Source of the DNA: the human T2T-CHM13v2.0 reference genome, Homo sapiens | NCBI RefSeq assembly: GCF_009914755.1 | Contig: NC_060933.1 | DNA: 64,000 nucleotides | Direction: 5' to 3' (one strand) | Shown: in pieces, positions 1 to 17,459 of the stretch | How the letters are laid out: every line of letters starts with the position of its first letter | How positions within the stretch are numbered: position 1 is the stretch's first letter | The notes under the pieces: model-generated | What the model saw: the letters and a program-made list of their open reading frames with translations, nothing else | Told to the model about the DNA's origin: nothing | The model's database searches: none | Program-made: the position numbers and the translations under genes

Positions 1-24
1 AAATTCTTCATTTTGAACTACTTA

Positions 25-677
<653 letters not shown>

Positions 678-679
678 CC

Positions 680-1140
680 CTTAAATCCAAATAGCTAAAA
701 CATTAAGGAAAATTGATTATCTCCTATAGGTCAAGGGGTAGGGTAGCTTTCAGGTTGGTTAGTTCAGTGGCTTGATGTCAGCAAGGACGTAAGTTCTCTC
801 CTTGTTTCTTTTTTGTCATTTTACGGAAGGTAGCTTTTTCTTAATTAGCTCCCCTCAAGATCCCAAGATGGCTATGGCTCTTCTTACCGTCTTTTGCTGA
901 GCTGACAATCTCCAGTGGTTTTCCTTTCATGGGAATTAGAGAGGGCTGCACACTTATCCCTAAACAAGCTCTAACAAGAGGAAGGCAAAGGACTCTGCAA
1001 TTGATTTAGAGTAACCAGGACTTCCCTCTGAGTCAAGTGAGGGGCAGGGCAACACCGGAACAAAAGGAGGACTTTGCCAGCAAGGTGGCGGCAGGGATGC
1101 AGGATTGGGCGTGGTGACTGGGTAGGCAGCCAATACTATC
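680..1140. mobile_element. Degenerate ERVL/MaLR-type LTR relic (LTR33/MLT1-like)
   Basis: Motifs such as ggtagggtagctttcagg...cagtggcttgatgtc...caagatggct resemble old LTR consensus; recognised by eye only. Confidence 0.35.
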
Positions 1141-2329
1141 TGCTATGGTTTTGCCATTTTCTTTTGTCTTTAAATCAGACTTCTATAGTGTTTCCTAACA
1201 TTTTACTTATAGCCCCATTATGAACTTCACAGTTCGTAGTTCAAAGTCACACAGTTAGTTATCTTCTTGTCCTAGTGATGCTGCTCAAGCCATTGCTGAA
1301 ACCCCTGTCTTTCTTTTTTGCTCACCCCCACTGCATCTTTCCCATTCTGAGCTAAGGACAGCTTCAGATGAAGAAGAGCATTTGAGGTTGGAATAATGGT
1401 TAAGTGGTGAGTTAGTATTCTTGCAGGCCATGGTCCTTCAAGAGCACCTTGGCTGTTAGTATAACCTCTTCTCTCTCTAGCTTACAATCTCCTTTTCTAC
1501 CTCTTTTGAAGTCTCACTTCTGTCTGTGTTTATCTCTGTTTCAAAATTGAGTATCAAAAAACTGATAGTTTTTATTTTCCTTATTTTTTTTCCACCTCCA
1601 GCTGATACACTTAAGGAGCTGTAATAATGAGTACAATCCACTAAAGAGGGAAAAAAAGAGAGCCTCTGTTTTCTTTTGTTTTAACCTGCTTACTTTCAGG
1701 TTTTTTTGTTTTTTTTTTTTTTTAATAATTAAACTGAAAAGTCATGTCATTATTTAGAATATCTCTGATATAAAGAGTTCTCACAGTATATAAAATGCAT
1801 CCTTGCAATACATAATTTACAGAAGGAAATAAACCAGTGTGTAAATATGTTCAATCTTGTTAACAACCAAATTAAAGCATAGAGGCATCCTTTCACAGCT
1901 GTAACTTTGGTAATAGTTAACAAAATAATATTAATTGCCCAAGTGGTTTTGACTCAAATATACTTTATTGATTTGCTGAATAAATTGGAATGACCCTCTT
2001 GAGATACATTAAGAGCCATAAAAAAGTTAACATCCTTTATTTGGTAATTCTAAAGTTGAGTAATGCTATATGTAAGAATCTTTTTATTGTAGCATTATTT
2101 ATAATGGCAAAAAGTTTAATTTAAAACATCATATATTTGCTGTAAAACTTTCTTCCTGTTTCTTAATAAAATCCATTTGAATTTAGTCTGTTATACTTCC
2201 TCATTGCCAACTAAATGGTCCTGCCTTAGTCATTGAGTAGCCTTTTGCCTTCCTCAGAAGTCCTTTCACTATTTCTTCTCTAAACAGCTGTTAGAATCCA
2301 GAGGATTGAACATCATTGTGTACTGGCAG

Positions 2330-2470
2330 GAGGGTGGGCTCTATAGCCAGACTATATCAATTTGAATCCCACCTTATCACTAGTTGAGTTATTTGGACCA
2401 CATTCTTTAACCTTTGGTGCCTGAGTTTCACCAGCTATAAAATATAAACAATAATAAAACTTGCCTCAGA
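2330..2470 (+). mobile_element. MIR fragment
   Basis: Core-like tttgaatccc...ctttaacctttggtgcctgagtttc...ataaaat. Confidence 0.6.
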
Positions 2471-2621
2471 TACTTTTAGCAAACTGCACAACTCATGAAT
2501 GTATCTCAGAAATTACAATATTAATGTAAACTAAATCTCCCTGATGTTCTAATAACCATTAATCCTTCCCTTAAAAATGTTTTTGTGTTTGAGTTTTGGA
2601 AAGGTACCCTGACTTCCAAAA

Positions 2622-2918
2622 ATTTTATTTTTATTTTTGAGACAGGGTCTTGCTCTGTCACCCTGGCTGGAGTGCAGTAGTGGATCTCGGCTCACTGCAA
2701 CCTCCACCTCCCAGACTCAAGCAATCCTCCCACCTCAGCCTCCCGAGTAGCTGGGACTGCAGGCATGTACCACCATGCCTGCTAATTTTTGTATTTTTTG
2801 TAGAGATGGAGTTTTGCCATGTTGCCCAGGCTGGTCTTGAACTCCTGAGCTCAAGTGATCTGCCCACCTCAGCCTCTCAAAGTGCTGGAATTACAGGCAT
2901 GAGCCACCACACCCAGCC
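2622..2918 (-). mobile_element. AluJb-like
   Basis: Full antisense dimer with J-type gagacagggtcttgc and ctcctgagctcaagtg. Confidence 0.9.
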
Positions 2919-3170
2919 TGGTTTATATTCTTGTGGTAATTTTATTGTGAGACAGAGTATCATTTAAGAGTTAGATCCAGCTGCATATGACAGAAAACTG
3001 AAAGAAACTAGATAAACCAGATAAAAATGTATTTCTTACCCAAAGTAAGTCCAGAAGTAGTGTTTCAGGGCTAATATGAGACTCCTCGTTTATCAAAGAC
3101 CCACTCTCCTTTTGGTTTCATTATGTAAGCATATGGCTTTCATTCTTAAGATTACAAAATGGCTGGAAAC

Positions 3171-4141
<971 letters not shown>

Positions 4142-4979
4142 CCCAGATTGTAAACTGTGTCTAGAAAATGAGTGCAAAGAGAGAAACAAACATAAATAAT
4201 TAGAGGCTAAATTGGGTGGCAAGGAGTTCAGGGGACGGGGAAACCAAGAGAGGAAAGAATAGTTGGGGAGTTGGCTTCCTGAAAATGATTCTCCAGCAAA
4301 AGATCTGGTCTGGAAGAATGGGGTTTAGAAAAAGTGAAGGGCAGACAGATTTTAGTAGAAAGCAGGGAGAGGAATTCCAGTGTAAAGAACAGTTGGTCAA
4401 AGGCAAGGAAGCAGACAATAACTTGCTGCTTGTCAGTATGGAAAGGAGACCTGACCAGAGTGGAGTGAAGAGATGTTATGTTGCATTTGGGGAAGGCATT
4501 CATATTTGAAGGGGAGGAAAATGGGCAGCCATGGAGGAGTTTTCAGAGTGGTTTAAGGAAGATTAATTTGACAGCATAACTGCACCTGAATGGGAGAAAT
4601 AGAAGGCAGAGGCCGCCCAGGGAGCTGTTCAGTAACTCATACCAGTGTAAACAGGAAACAGAGAAGAGTTATTGTGGAGTCAAAATAAAATAGACCTTCC
4701 TGACTTAATCTGGATATGTGGGATGAAAGAGAAGGAAAGAACAGATGTTTTGAACGCCACATCATGGAAGAAGGGTATTATAATGGCTAGACATGTTAGT
4801 TGAGATGGGGACTAGTTTGTGGAGAGGGGAAGATGAATTCAATTTTGTATGGACTGACTGGAGGTGGTACTGATATTAATACCTCCAGGCGGTATTTTCC
4901 ATAGGGAATTGAAGACCCAGAACTGGATTTCAGAAAATGCTTTAAGTCATGAGCATATAGAATATAGAGAACACCAGTC

Positions 4980-5175
4980 ATTGCTGGGGATTTACTGTGT
5001 GGTAGCCTCTGGGCTAAGCGCTTTACATGCAGTTCTCATTTTATTCTCATAACTCTGAGGTGGGTCCCAGTTAGCCTCATTTTACAGAGGAGGAAACAGA
5101 AACTCAGAAAGGCTAGGTACCTTGACTAGGATCGCCCAAGTAGTGTAAAACTGGGAGTAGTTCCAAGCCTGTGCA
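4980..5175 (-). mobile_element. MIR
   Basis: ctcattttacagaggaggaaac...ctcagaaagg...cttg core. Confidence 0.65.
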
Positions 5176-5228
5176 CTTCCTGCTGTATTTCCCTCTGCTG
5201 TTCCAAGGACTGCTATATTAAATGGTAG

Positions 5229-5612
<384 letters not shown>

Positions 5613-6694
5613 GTTTGTTCTCTCTTTAAAGTCTATGTGTAGGTTGGTTTTAAATCAGTGCACCTCAAACTATAGAGGCCAGGGTACGACAGTTTGGAGC
5701 AGAGTCTGAAAGTGGTGGTTATAAACTTCAGACTCTAAGTAAGGACCAATGGCTACTGTGCGTATCCTCCAGGGCCCTTCCATATTTTCTTCTAAGAACT
5801 AAGTCTGAACAAGTCTGTCATGACAGCAAGTTTACTACTTGTTACTGTAATTGTGTTCTTTCCCCATAATTCACCAATTCCTGAAAATACACTTTTAAAT
5901 AAGTAATGGATATTTATATGTTTAGTCAGTCTTTGGAGATTCATGGCCTTCGAAAGGGTTAATATAATTGATGCTTGTGTTATTAATATTGAGTGCCAAC
6001 AAGGCTCTGGAGAGCAGTAAGAGAGGAAAGGGTGAAGAAAATGGCCTCAATAAAGTTGACTCTGGAGCACAAATGATTAGTGTGCACATTAAGATCAAAT
6101 TACGAAGGCAGAGATTCCTACCATCAGAGCAAGAGCTGGAATTTTTAAAATAATAAACTTCATTTTAAAAACTCAGCATATTTAAGAGAGTTTTATTCCT
6201 TGCTTGCTAAGCCTCAAAGTTTTTCCAAATCTATTTTGCATGTGGTTTTGTATTTTCATGACAATTCTGAAACCACAGGTGTTGGAAGACAATTCTAAAG
6301 ATACCAAGTTTTAAGTATATTTTGACATATTTTGAAACTAGCCATAGTTTTAATCAAGAAAAACATTTTTCAGTGTACACTGCTGATAGAAGCAGATTTC
6401 AGTTATGAAAGTTTGGAAATAATACTTTAATAAGGCACTTCATTTTAAAACTGAAAGCAATTCTAGTTTGCTGCTAGTTTAAAAAGTTTATAGTTTAATG
6501 TGATCTGAGAAAGTAAACCAAGACCAAGTGGAAACACTTATTTATCTTGAGGTTGCAACAAGCAAATTGAGCTGGGAGACTTCTGGGTGAGGAAGGATCT
6601 GCTACTTAAATCAGGCTCTAAGATATGATAGATGGTGCTCTACATGCCATCACTTTGAAAGATTTAAATGTTTCTTATGTAAGAATATCTTAAT

Positions 6695-7003
6695 CAGGAT
6701 TTCTCCCAAGTATGTGCTTCCAAAGCACCAGGGCTACAAGGTGTTCTGCCAAAAAAAGGGTTCTGAGGTCAGAAAAGTTTGAGAGGTTCTTCTTGCTCAC
6801 TTCATACCACCCCCTCACTGGCCTCCCAACCCCATTTGAAAAGTAATCATGCATATTAACATATTTAGGGTCATTGCCCTGCCTCCCAGGAAACCAGTTT
6901 AACTTTGCTTAACTGGCCTTTATTGGACTTATCTGTCCTTTAAAATTTTTTTCACTATATCTTGAACTGCTCTCCTACACAGCACACTTTGAGTAACACT
7001 GCT
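6695..7003. mobile_element. hAT-Charlie-type DNA transposon relic
   Basis: Ends resemble cagtgtttcccaaa/ctttgggaaacactg terminal repeats; family not determined. Confidence 0.4.
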
Positions 7004-8338
7004 TGAAATACTGCTTCTCAATTTCATTCTCCCAAATGACAACAAAAGTGATTATGGTGAAACCAGAAGCAACAATAAGGTTGTTGGATCAGGTGACTCT
7101 TAACTAAGAATCACTCAGCTCTGAAACTGACTTTAAGTGCATCACAAACTTCATGTTCTTCTTTAAGATATTGGCAAAAGTAGATAAATTTCAAGTCACT
7201 CAAGTATATTATAACTTAAAACCCTTTCACGTGAATCATTGTTTCTCAGATTAGTGATTTGAGATCTCCAAGGGATATTAGGTAGGGTAAATGATTGACA
7301 AAAGAATCCTTCAAGTTTGAAACTTGATAATATGAACTGCTATGGGGTCAGCTGGGCCAACAGCAAGAAGGGGAGCTATGATCTGCACTGGAGGATTTTC
7401 TCCTTTCTTCAAGTCTGCTGCAGCAGAGGGGCAGTTACAGTTATCACTTAAACTCCAAATGACCATTCGGAGATGGAATGCTATCTTTGGTTGGAGAAAG
7501 AATTGAGGATAGGGATGATGGGCCAAGCAAATAATAGATCCTCAATAAATGTTTATTGAATACATATGGAACAGGGATGGAGTATTCAGAGACTAAACAT
7601 TTAGTTTGTGGTGCTGATACTTGTCAAGATTATGGTTAAAACAAATACAACTTGCCAATGGAGAGAAATGGGAATGAACCTGAAAATTAAAACTAGCTGC
7701 CGTTCAAACTGTTTAATTCTGGTGGGCTTTTGAATTCTACCTTGCTAGCATGTGTTCCTAGGTTATAATGAAGTCTTGGTGTATACATTAATATTAACCA
7801 ATCAGGAAAAAAGGCACATCATAAGCTAGAACCCTCTGGGCCTCATCAAAACCTCAGTATGACAGGTAATCAGCACTGGACGATAGATTTATTATATAAG
7901 AATGAGGGCCTTCTTTCCCTTCTGCCACACCGCCTTCCCCCATTTCCCTGCAACACACCTCTTGTTTCTGGCCCACAGAGCATAATGAAAGCTCTTCTGG
8001 CCCATTTTCTCAGTGCCTGCCTGGGAGTAGACTGGGTAAAGCTCCAGTCTTAAGTATTTTGTTCAGAGTGTGACCTGGAAGATGACAAGCAGCACTGCTT
8101 CTGCCCATTGCAGCAATGAGGAAACTCAGGACAAAGGGAAGATGCTGAAAAGTAAAATAAAAGAACCGAGAATATCGGTAGAATAAAAAGAGAATCCCAA
8201 GCTGGCTGCATGCTTTGGTTCTGTTCAATGTTCATGGGCTGGTGTGCTGTCAGGCTAAGTACTGGGCTCAACAAAGAATGAGACTTTTCCTTCTGTAAGT
8301 GTGCAGTCTGTTAAGGGAGATGCTACGGAGGGGTGTAG

Positions 8339-8720
<382 letters not shown>

Positions 8721-9704
8721 TAGTATAGTTTACAAGGTGTAAAACACTGATAATTCCTTGCTAGATTTTAAACTAATTTTCAAAACTAAAAACTAGAAAT
8801 ACAAAAGTGCCCTAAAGGAACATAGATGTTATTTTTGAAGTTTGGTTTGTGTTTGTGCTTCACTGGTAAGGATGAAGTTCAGTAAACTTTAGGATAAAGT
8901 TATTGTGTCTGTAGGCATGACAGCATTTTATTATACAGAGTGAAAAAAATACTGTCCTTGAGTAAGAAAATAACAAAGCTTCAGATGCCTGTATGCAAGT
9001 CACAATGGCTTTTGAGGCAGTCCCATAGAAAAGATTGTACCTATAATATGGGTAATATTTTAATTTTCATGTTGAAATGACCAGCTTTTAAGCTAATAAA
9101 TGAGTTTTCTTCTTTGATAGAGCAGATTCTAGAAATTTTAAAGTAGAACACATCGAAAGTATTCTTCTGTCGTTGTTGACTAACCTATGGTGGCTCTTTT
9201 GTTGCTCTTATGTGTTTATGACTTAGTCATGTATCTCTGCCCTGTTACCCTGCCAGGAAATCCATGTGCTCTTGCCATAGTCCCAAAGTCTCATACCTAA
9301 CTGGGCACAGTGACCTGTTTAGTGTTCCATGGCCATGGACTAACTACAGGGTCCAGAATGGATTCAGGGACACCCAAGTATTCAATTTGTTTCCTACCAC
9401 TACATCAGACCACCTTTCCATTTATCTTCCAGCTTTCTCCCATTCAGACATACATTTTCTGTTTATGCTCTTTAAGTTTTTAAATCTCATTTGGTTCCAA
9501 AAATGTTTTAGGTAATTTTTAATAAAATGTAAATATATTTAAGACTTTTGAAATGAAAAGCCAAAAGCTGAAAGGAGGTGGAGGTGGGATAAAAGGAAAA
9601 AGAAGCACAAATGTACCGAGTGCCTGAGCTTCTTCACCTACCAGTGTTTCTAGTCCTATTTTAGAATGATACTGATTCAAAGGAAATTGTCACATGGAAT
9701 CCTT

Positions 9705-9940
9705 TTACAGAATTACACAACTGTCAGGGGCTTAAGAGGTCTACCAAGGTAGCCATGAATTTTATGTCACATACTCTACGTGGATTTTGTTCAGTCTTTG
9801 TTTAAACACTTCCAGCAACAGATAACTTACTGCTTCCTGAGGCATTTGTTCTACATTCAGGCAGTTATTAGAAATTTCATTTTGCACTACCGAGCTCTGT
9901 GTCCATGTAACTTCATTGTTCTGATTCTGCACCCATTAGC
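9705..9940 (-). mobile_element. L3/CR1 fragment
   Basis: aaacacttccagcaacag...cttactgcttcctgaggca...ttagaaatttc resembles the CR1 3' region. Confidence 0.45.
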
Positions 9941-10148
9941 CAAACAGAATAAAAAACCGAAATTGGCCTTTAGTGTGTGCCAAGGTATGTGTGTGTGTTT
10001 TAAAGTTAAACACCTTTAGTTTTTACAACCATGTCTGAATGTCAGACTTTCAGAAACTTTACTGTTCTGGGCCACTTCTTTACTTTACTTTTATGCTTTC
10101 ATGATTAAATCTATGTAATTTTTATTTTTATCAGTTACACATGTGTGT

Positions 10149-10656
<508 letters not shown>

Positions 10657-10752
10657 TAAAGATTGAGCTGTCTTCCAACACCATCCTTTGCCCTACCCTG
10701 TGCACCTACTTCGGGTTGCCCTTATCCTTCTGCTGCAGATATATCATCATAA

Positions 10753-11078
<326 letters not shown>

Positions 11079-11408
11079 TAATGTTTAGTCTTCATCTTAT
11101 GACTAAGTGGTTGCTCTTAACAGCCGAGTCATGTAGTATTTCATCATTTGTCACTCTTGGAGATCGTGGTTGTCTTGTTCTACTGTCTACCCAGCTTTCT
11201 ATTAATATGCACTTATAACTAATTGGCTTATAAACTCTCACCTAGTTGTGTGACTCTCCTTTGAGTAAGCTCAGATACCTTAGATATTCTTTCAGTTTCA
11301 ATTTCCTGAATAGATCTCTCCCATACCTCCAAACTGGGCTGGATACTCTTCAGGCCTGCTTTTTTACAAAGCTGTCAATTTAAGATCTCCCTTCACATCA
11401 TACCTGGA

Positions 11409-11707
<299 letters not shown>

Positions 11708-11754
11708 CATTCTTTCTTGTATTGGATTCCCAATTATCTGGATCCCATGTGCTT

Positions 11755-13590
11755 TTTTAGTTTATTTTTTAATTTACATACGGTACAATTCACTTTTTGT
11801 TCTACAGTTGTATGAACTTTGACAGACGCATGGCCTTATGGAGCCACCACCACCAGTAGCAAGATACAGAACAGTTCTCACTTCCAAAAATTCCCTTGAG
11901 CTGCCCCTTTGTCATCAGATCACTCCTCTACCCTTGGCAACCACTGATCTATTCCTGTAGTTTTGCTTTTTCCAGAATGTCATATAAATGGAATCATACA
12001 GTATTGTAAACCTTTTGAGTTTGGCTTCTTTTCTTCAGTGTAATGCATTTGAGATGCATCCATGCTATTGCATGCATCAATAGTTTGTTTTTATGGCTAA
12101 GTAGTATTCCATTATATGAATATATCATAGTTTATTCACCAGTTGAAGAACACGGGGTTGTTTCCAGTTTGGGATGATTATTAATAAAGCTCCTGTGAAC
12201 ACTTCTATGCAGTGTGAATGTTTTCATTTATCTTTGGTAACTATCTGGGAGTGGAATTGCTGGGTTGTATGGTAAGTGAATGTTTATAAGAATCTGCCAA
12301 ACTGTTTTCCAAATGGGCTGTACCATTGTGCATTCCCATGAGCAACGTATAAGAAGAGTTCTAATTGTTCCATATCCTCGTGAGCACTTGGTATTGTCAG
12401 TTTATTTTTTAAATTGTTGGCATAGACGTTTAGTGATATCCCACTGTGGTTTTAATTTGCATTTTCCTAGTGACCAGAGATGTTGAACATCTTTTCATGT
12501 ACTTATTTAACATCTGTATATCTTTCTTGGTGTTGTATCTTTCGAATTATTGCTCTCTCTCTCTCTTTCTCTGTGTGTGTGTGTTAAGAGACATGGTCTA
12601 ACTCTGTCACCCAGGCTGGAGTGCAGTGGTGCAATCATAACTCACTGCAGCCTCAAACTCCTGGGCTCAAACAGTCTTCCTGTCCTAGCCTCTCAAGTAG
12701 CTAGGCCTATAGGTGTGTGCCACCGTACCTGGCTAATTTTTATTTATTTTTTATTTTTATGTAGAGACGGGGTCTCACTATGTGCCCAGGCTGGTCTCAA
12801 ACTGCTGGCCTCAACCGATCCTCCTTTCTTGACCTCTCAAAGTGCTGAGATTACAAGTGTGAGCCACCATACTTGGCCTTCATTGCTTATTTAGCAGAGG
12901 GGTTTTGTGGTATAAGTGAGTTCGCTTCTCATCTTTTCCCACCACTGGCTCGGGAATGAATTATGCTTTTGATATCATAGCTAGGAACACTGCCTAGTTC
13001 AAGGTCACAAATATTTTCTCCTATGTTTTATTCTAAAATTTTCTAGTTTTACATTTTACACTTAGGTCTATTATCCATTTTGCCAATCTTTATATAAGGT
13101 TTGAGGTACAGGTTGAGTTGGTTTTTTGTGTGTGTGTATGAATATCCATTTATTTCAGTGCAATTTATTGACAAAGACTATGTTTTCCATTGAATTGCCT
13201 TTGTATCTTTCTCAAATATCAACCATATATGTGTGGATCTATTTCAGAACTTTCTGTTTGGTTTCATCCATTTGTTTGTCTGTCTTAATACTAGTACTGT
13301 ATGGTCTTAATTATTGTGGCTTTATAGTATATATTGAAATCAGGTTATGTGAGTCCTTTAACTTTTTGCTTCCTTTTCGAAGTTATTTTGACTATTATAG
13401 TTCTTTTGCCTTCCCCTATACATTTTAGAATCAGCTTGTTAATATCTACAAAAAATTTTGCTGCGATTTTGATTTGGCTTGCATTGAAATGCATGGATCC
13501 ATTAGGGAAGAATTAATTGTCAAATTAATACTGAGTCTTCCAATCTATGAATGTGATGTAGTTCTCCATTTATTTAAGCCTTCTTTGAGT
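11755..13590 (-). mobile_element. Old L1M (3' end/ORF2 tail), interrupted by an Alu and a filler insertion
   Basis: Typical antisense L1 text: gtattccattatatg, gaattgctgggttgtatgg, ttttaatttgcatttt, tattgtggctttatagta, ttttagaatcagcttg. Confidence 0.85.
12587..12878 (-). mobile_element. AluJ-like within L1
   Basis: Antisense dimer with a (CT)n(GT)n-converted tail. Confidence 0.87.
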
Positions 13591-13599
13591 TTTTTTTTC

Positions 13600-15065
13600 T
13601 CCCCATCAGTGTCTCTGTACTGGTGTTATTTTTCTTGGTTTATTCCCTTGATTTGGTAGACCACCTCCTTCAGTAGCTTACTGAGAAAGGCTCCATGAGG
13701 GAAGTTTGTTGACACCTGGCATGTTTTTATTTTTATGTCACATATGTAATAGTTGAGTGGATACAGAATTCTAGGTTGGAAATTATTTTTCCTCAGAATT
13801 TTAAATGAGTTGTTCCATTGCCTTCTGACTTCTAGGGTCGCTGTTGAAGTCTGCTATTCTGATTCTTGATTCTTCATATTAAACTTATTCTCTCTCAAAC
13901 CTTTTAGGATCTTCCTTATAACCCAAGTTCTGACATTTTTCAGCGATGGGCCTTCTATCCATTATGCTGGATACAGTATGGGCTCTTTCAATCTGGAAAT
14001 TTCTGGTTTGCAATTGGGAAAATTTTTTCTTAATTCTTTCTTGGATTTTTTTCCCCCCATTTCTTCCCCGTTTCTGAATTTTCTTACCATTTAAAAGTAT
14101 TTTTGAACTCCTTGTCTTTTCTCCACAATGCAATAGATTTCCTTAATTTACCTTTCAGTATTTCTATTGTGTTTTTATTTCTGCTATGATTTCTAATTTC
14201 CTAGTGGGTGCTTTTGTTCTTTTCAGTATTCTTTTTTGTTTTTACATCATCTGTTATCTCTCTGTGTGTGTTTTAATTTCACTTCTCTCTGCAACTGCAT
14301 CATCTTTTTCTTCCAAGTTATTTTTTCCTGTTTGTCATGGTAAAAGATTCCTTAACTGTCTGGTCATCCTTAGCTATCTAGTTATTATTAATATTTAGGA
14401 ACGGGGCCCTAAAAGATTGTTTGAAAGCATTGTATTATTTGGGTATGGGATTGTTGGCTGTGGCATTTTCTGTAGAGTGGTCTGGCTCGCCTTTTTCTTC
14501 GGGAAACACTAAGTGTCAGTATCGTTTGGTCATTTCTCTTGGACTCATCAGATTTCCCCAAACAAGTCTCTTCTGGGCTCCTGGAAAGGATATTAATCTG
14601 GCTGCCAGAGTCCTGGGACTCAAGCAGGGAAAGAAGGTTGGGGTGGGTGTTGGTTTCAATATTCAGTGTATAAACTTCCACTTCATCCTTTTGTTTTCTG
14701 TGTGGTACCTGTGTGTGGTCCAACTCTTCTGGGTAGAAGAGGGGCAGTTGTCCAACTGCACAGAAGATCTGAATGCTCTCATGCAACCCAATGAATCCTT
14801 CATTTTTAGCCCCATTGTCATCTCCAGTTCCAGAGATATATTAAACCATGAATTCCTGAGTTTTGAGGGAGTTTTGTGGTGTAAGTGGGTTCACTTCCTA
14901 TCTTTTCCCACCACTGGCTCGGGATTCAGCTTTTTCGAGTGTACTAGGTCAATTTATTCTCCCACCTGCTTCGTAGTTCCAAATGTTTTAAATCCCTCTA
15001 TTATTTCAGTGGAGTTTTGGAAGGGAGCCGAATTCAGTGCATGTATTCAGTTAGTCAACATTTAC
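13600..15065 (-). mobile_element. Ancient L1ME/HAL1 ORF1 and 5' region relic
   Basis: The minus-strand frame 13885-14133 gives ...NFQIERAHTV...KCQNLGYKE, resembling the L1 ORF1p IERAHR motif. Confidence 0.65.
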
Positions 15066-15097
15066 TCTAAGTAGACTATCCAAATCTCTTTCATTGA

Positions 15098-15454
<357 letters not shown>

Positions 15455-16899
15455 TAGATATAGGTAGTCCTTTCTTCTGGATTCTTAATGTTGCCTTATG
15501 TTGAATTCGCTTTTTCAACAACTTCACTTACGTTACCTTGCCGTTCACCAAAAGCTCTTAAGAAAGCCAGCTTTCCCTTTTGTGCTCTTGTTTCTTGTAG
15601 AATTTTAAAAACATAAGTATGAAGTTGGAATTTTCCCCAAGAAATTTAAAGCTGTTGATTTTTGCCCAGCTTTATAGACTGTCATGAGCTTTTATTTTTA
15701 TTATCCAGTGTATGTGCTCTTCCTTTCCCAGGTTTCTATTATCTGATTAATATTAATAAATTTATGTCTGCATATTAATTTAGGGAACACCTCCTAATTG
15801 TGGCATTCACTATAGGGTGGCCTGGCTGGCCTGTTTGCTTGAGAAACCCCTAATGGCAATATCTTTTGGCCTTGATATTATTTATCATTTTGTTTTTATT
15901 TTTAAACATTTCCTTTCAGATCCTCTCTTTAGACACTCTTTTTAACTGGTCACCTCTTTTCTCAAGACCATTCTGGCAGTTTCCTATACAGCTGACCTGT
16001 ACTTTAGTCCATTTCCTCCCATGTTATCCCCTGAAATATTACTAGAGTTAGGATTAATAAATTTTAATAAAATTCAGGTATATCATGTATTTCCCAATCT
16101 CCATTCTTCTATCAAAAAAGGACAAGACTTTAGCCAGGAATGGCTTACTCAGGTGCATGTGTTGGCTCTTACTGGTCCCCTCTTTCTTGTGTAAGTGCCC
16201 ACAAACCCTCCCTTTGATATTTTGTTGTACAGTTTTACTGAGAGTTGACATTATGCTCAATTGCTAAGTGGGTAGCATTCACTTTCTTCCCCCTTTTAAA
16301 ACCAGGGATGCTGCCATGTTCCTCTCTGTGTTGTATTGCTGTGGTTTTCTACAGTTGCTTGAAGGTTACTGACAGCTGCCAGCAGTCTTCTTTGCACAAA
16401 TCCTCTTGGTGTTTGTTCAGGCGTGTGACTTGTCTGGACCACCAGGGTGTGAACTCTAACTTGGGAGACAGGAGAGGCAGGTCTTAAACTCTCTCGTCTT
16501 AGTGTGCCACACTGGTAACATGTAGAAGACACTCAGTAAATGTTTCAGTAAGCTTGTTTATTTGAAACAGTTTACTCACCTACTAGAGCTTCAATGTTTA
16601 TAGACCAATATTGAATCCCATCCCACTAAATTTTGGTTATACATGTAAGGTGCTTTCTTGTGTTAAAGTGTTAAAATTTATTGAAAAAAATATCTTTTCC
16701 CAGTACCTGCTAATGTCCCAAGCGTCGTGCTGGGCTTTGGAGAGATCACAACACATGACAGCTCTTACTGTCATGGAACTCAGTGATGTTTCGTGCATGA
16801 TCATCCTCTCCACTTGTTTATTGACATTGGAGGTGGCATATGTGATGTCCCTTTTTCTAAAAAATTTTCTCCTAAGACTGTCTGTAGTCTTTCTTTACG

Positions 16900-17459
16900 T
16901 AATCATATCTGACATGGGTCAACTTTGTTGCTGCCACCCTAGCCCAACTCATGGTCGTCTTGTGCTTAGCTGCCTACAGTTCTTTCTCCACTCAATAGCC
17001 TGAGTGATCAAAAAGGTGATTCAGACTCCACATCCTCTCCCCTCCAGAGGCTTCCATCACACTTAAATATAATATCCAGACTTCTTCTCTACCTTACTCT
17101 GGCTCTGCCTCCCTCTTCACCTCCCCACTACCATCCTTCTCATTTATTATGTTCTGGCCAAGTTCATTGTTGTCAAACACCTCGAGATCCTTCGTCTTTC
17201 AGGGCCTTCCTTTTCTCTCTGGCTCTACCCTTAGATTTGCCAGACTTCCTCCCTCAGTTCTACACCTTGTACCCTAGCTGTCATTTTCTGTTTCTTTACT
17301 TGGCTGTATTTTTTTAAAAGCTGATCATCACCTGAAATCATTATCTATTTTTTGTATTGGCTTTCTCCCACCATAAGCACTGGGATTTTGTCAGGTCTGT
17401 TGACTGCTGTATCCCCAGTGTTAGAACAGTGCCTGGTCAATGTTTGTTGAATGAATGAT
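16900..17459 (+). mobile_element. L2 3' fragment
   Basis: Ends ctgtatccccagtg...acagtgcctgg...tgtttgttgaatgaatg, the L2 3' terminus. Confidence 0.75.

Noticed and set aside
14421-15074. Longest ORF in the track (217 aa)
   Set aside because: Non-ATG start, lies antisense within an old L1 5' relic, no recognisable domain or splice structure.
15813-15872. Similarity to 14476-14532
   Set aside because: Low identity; explicable as another fragment of the same ancient L1/HAL1 family.
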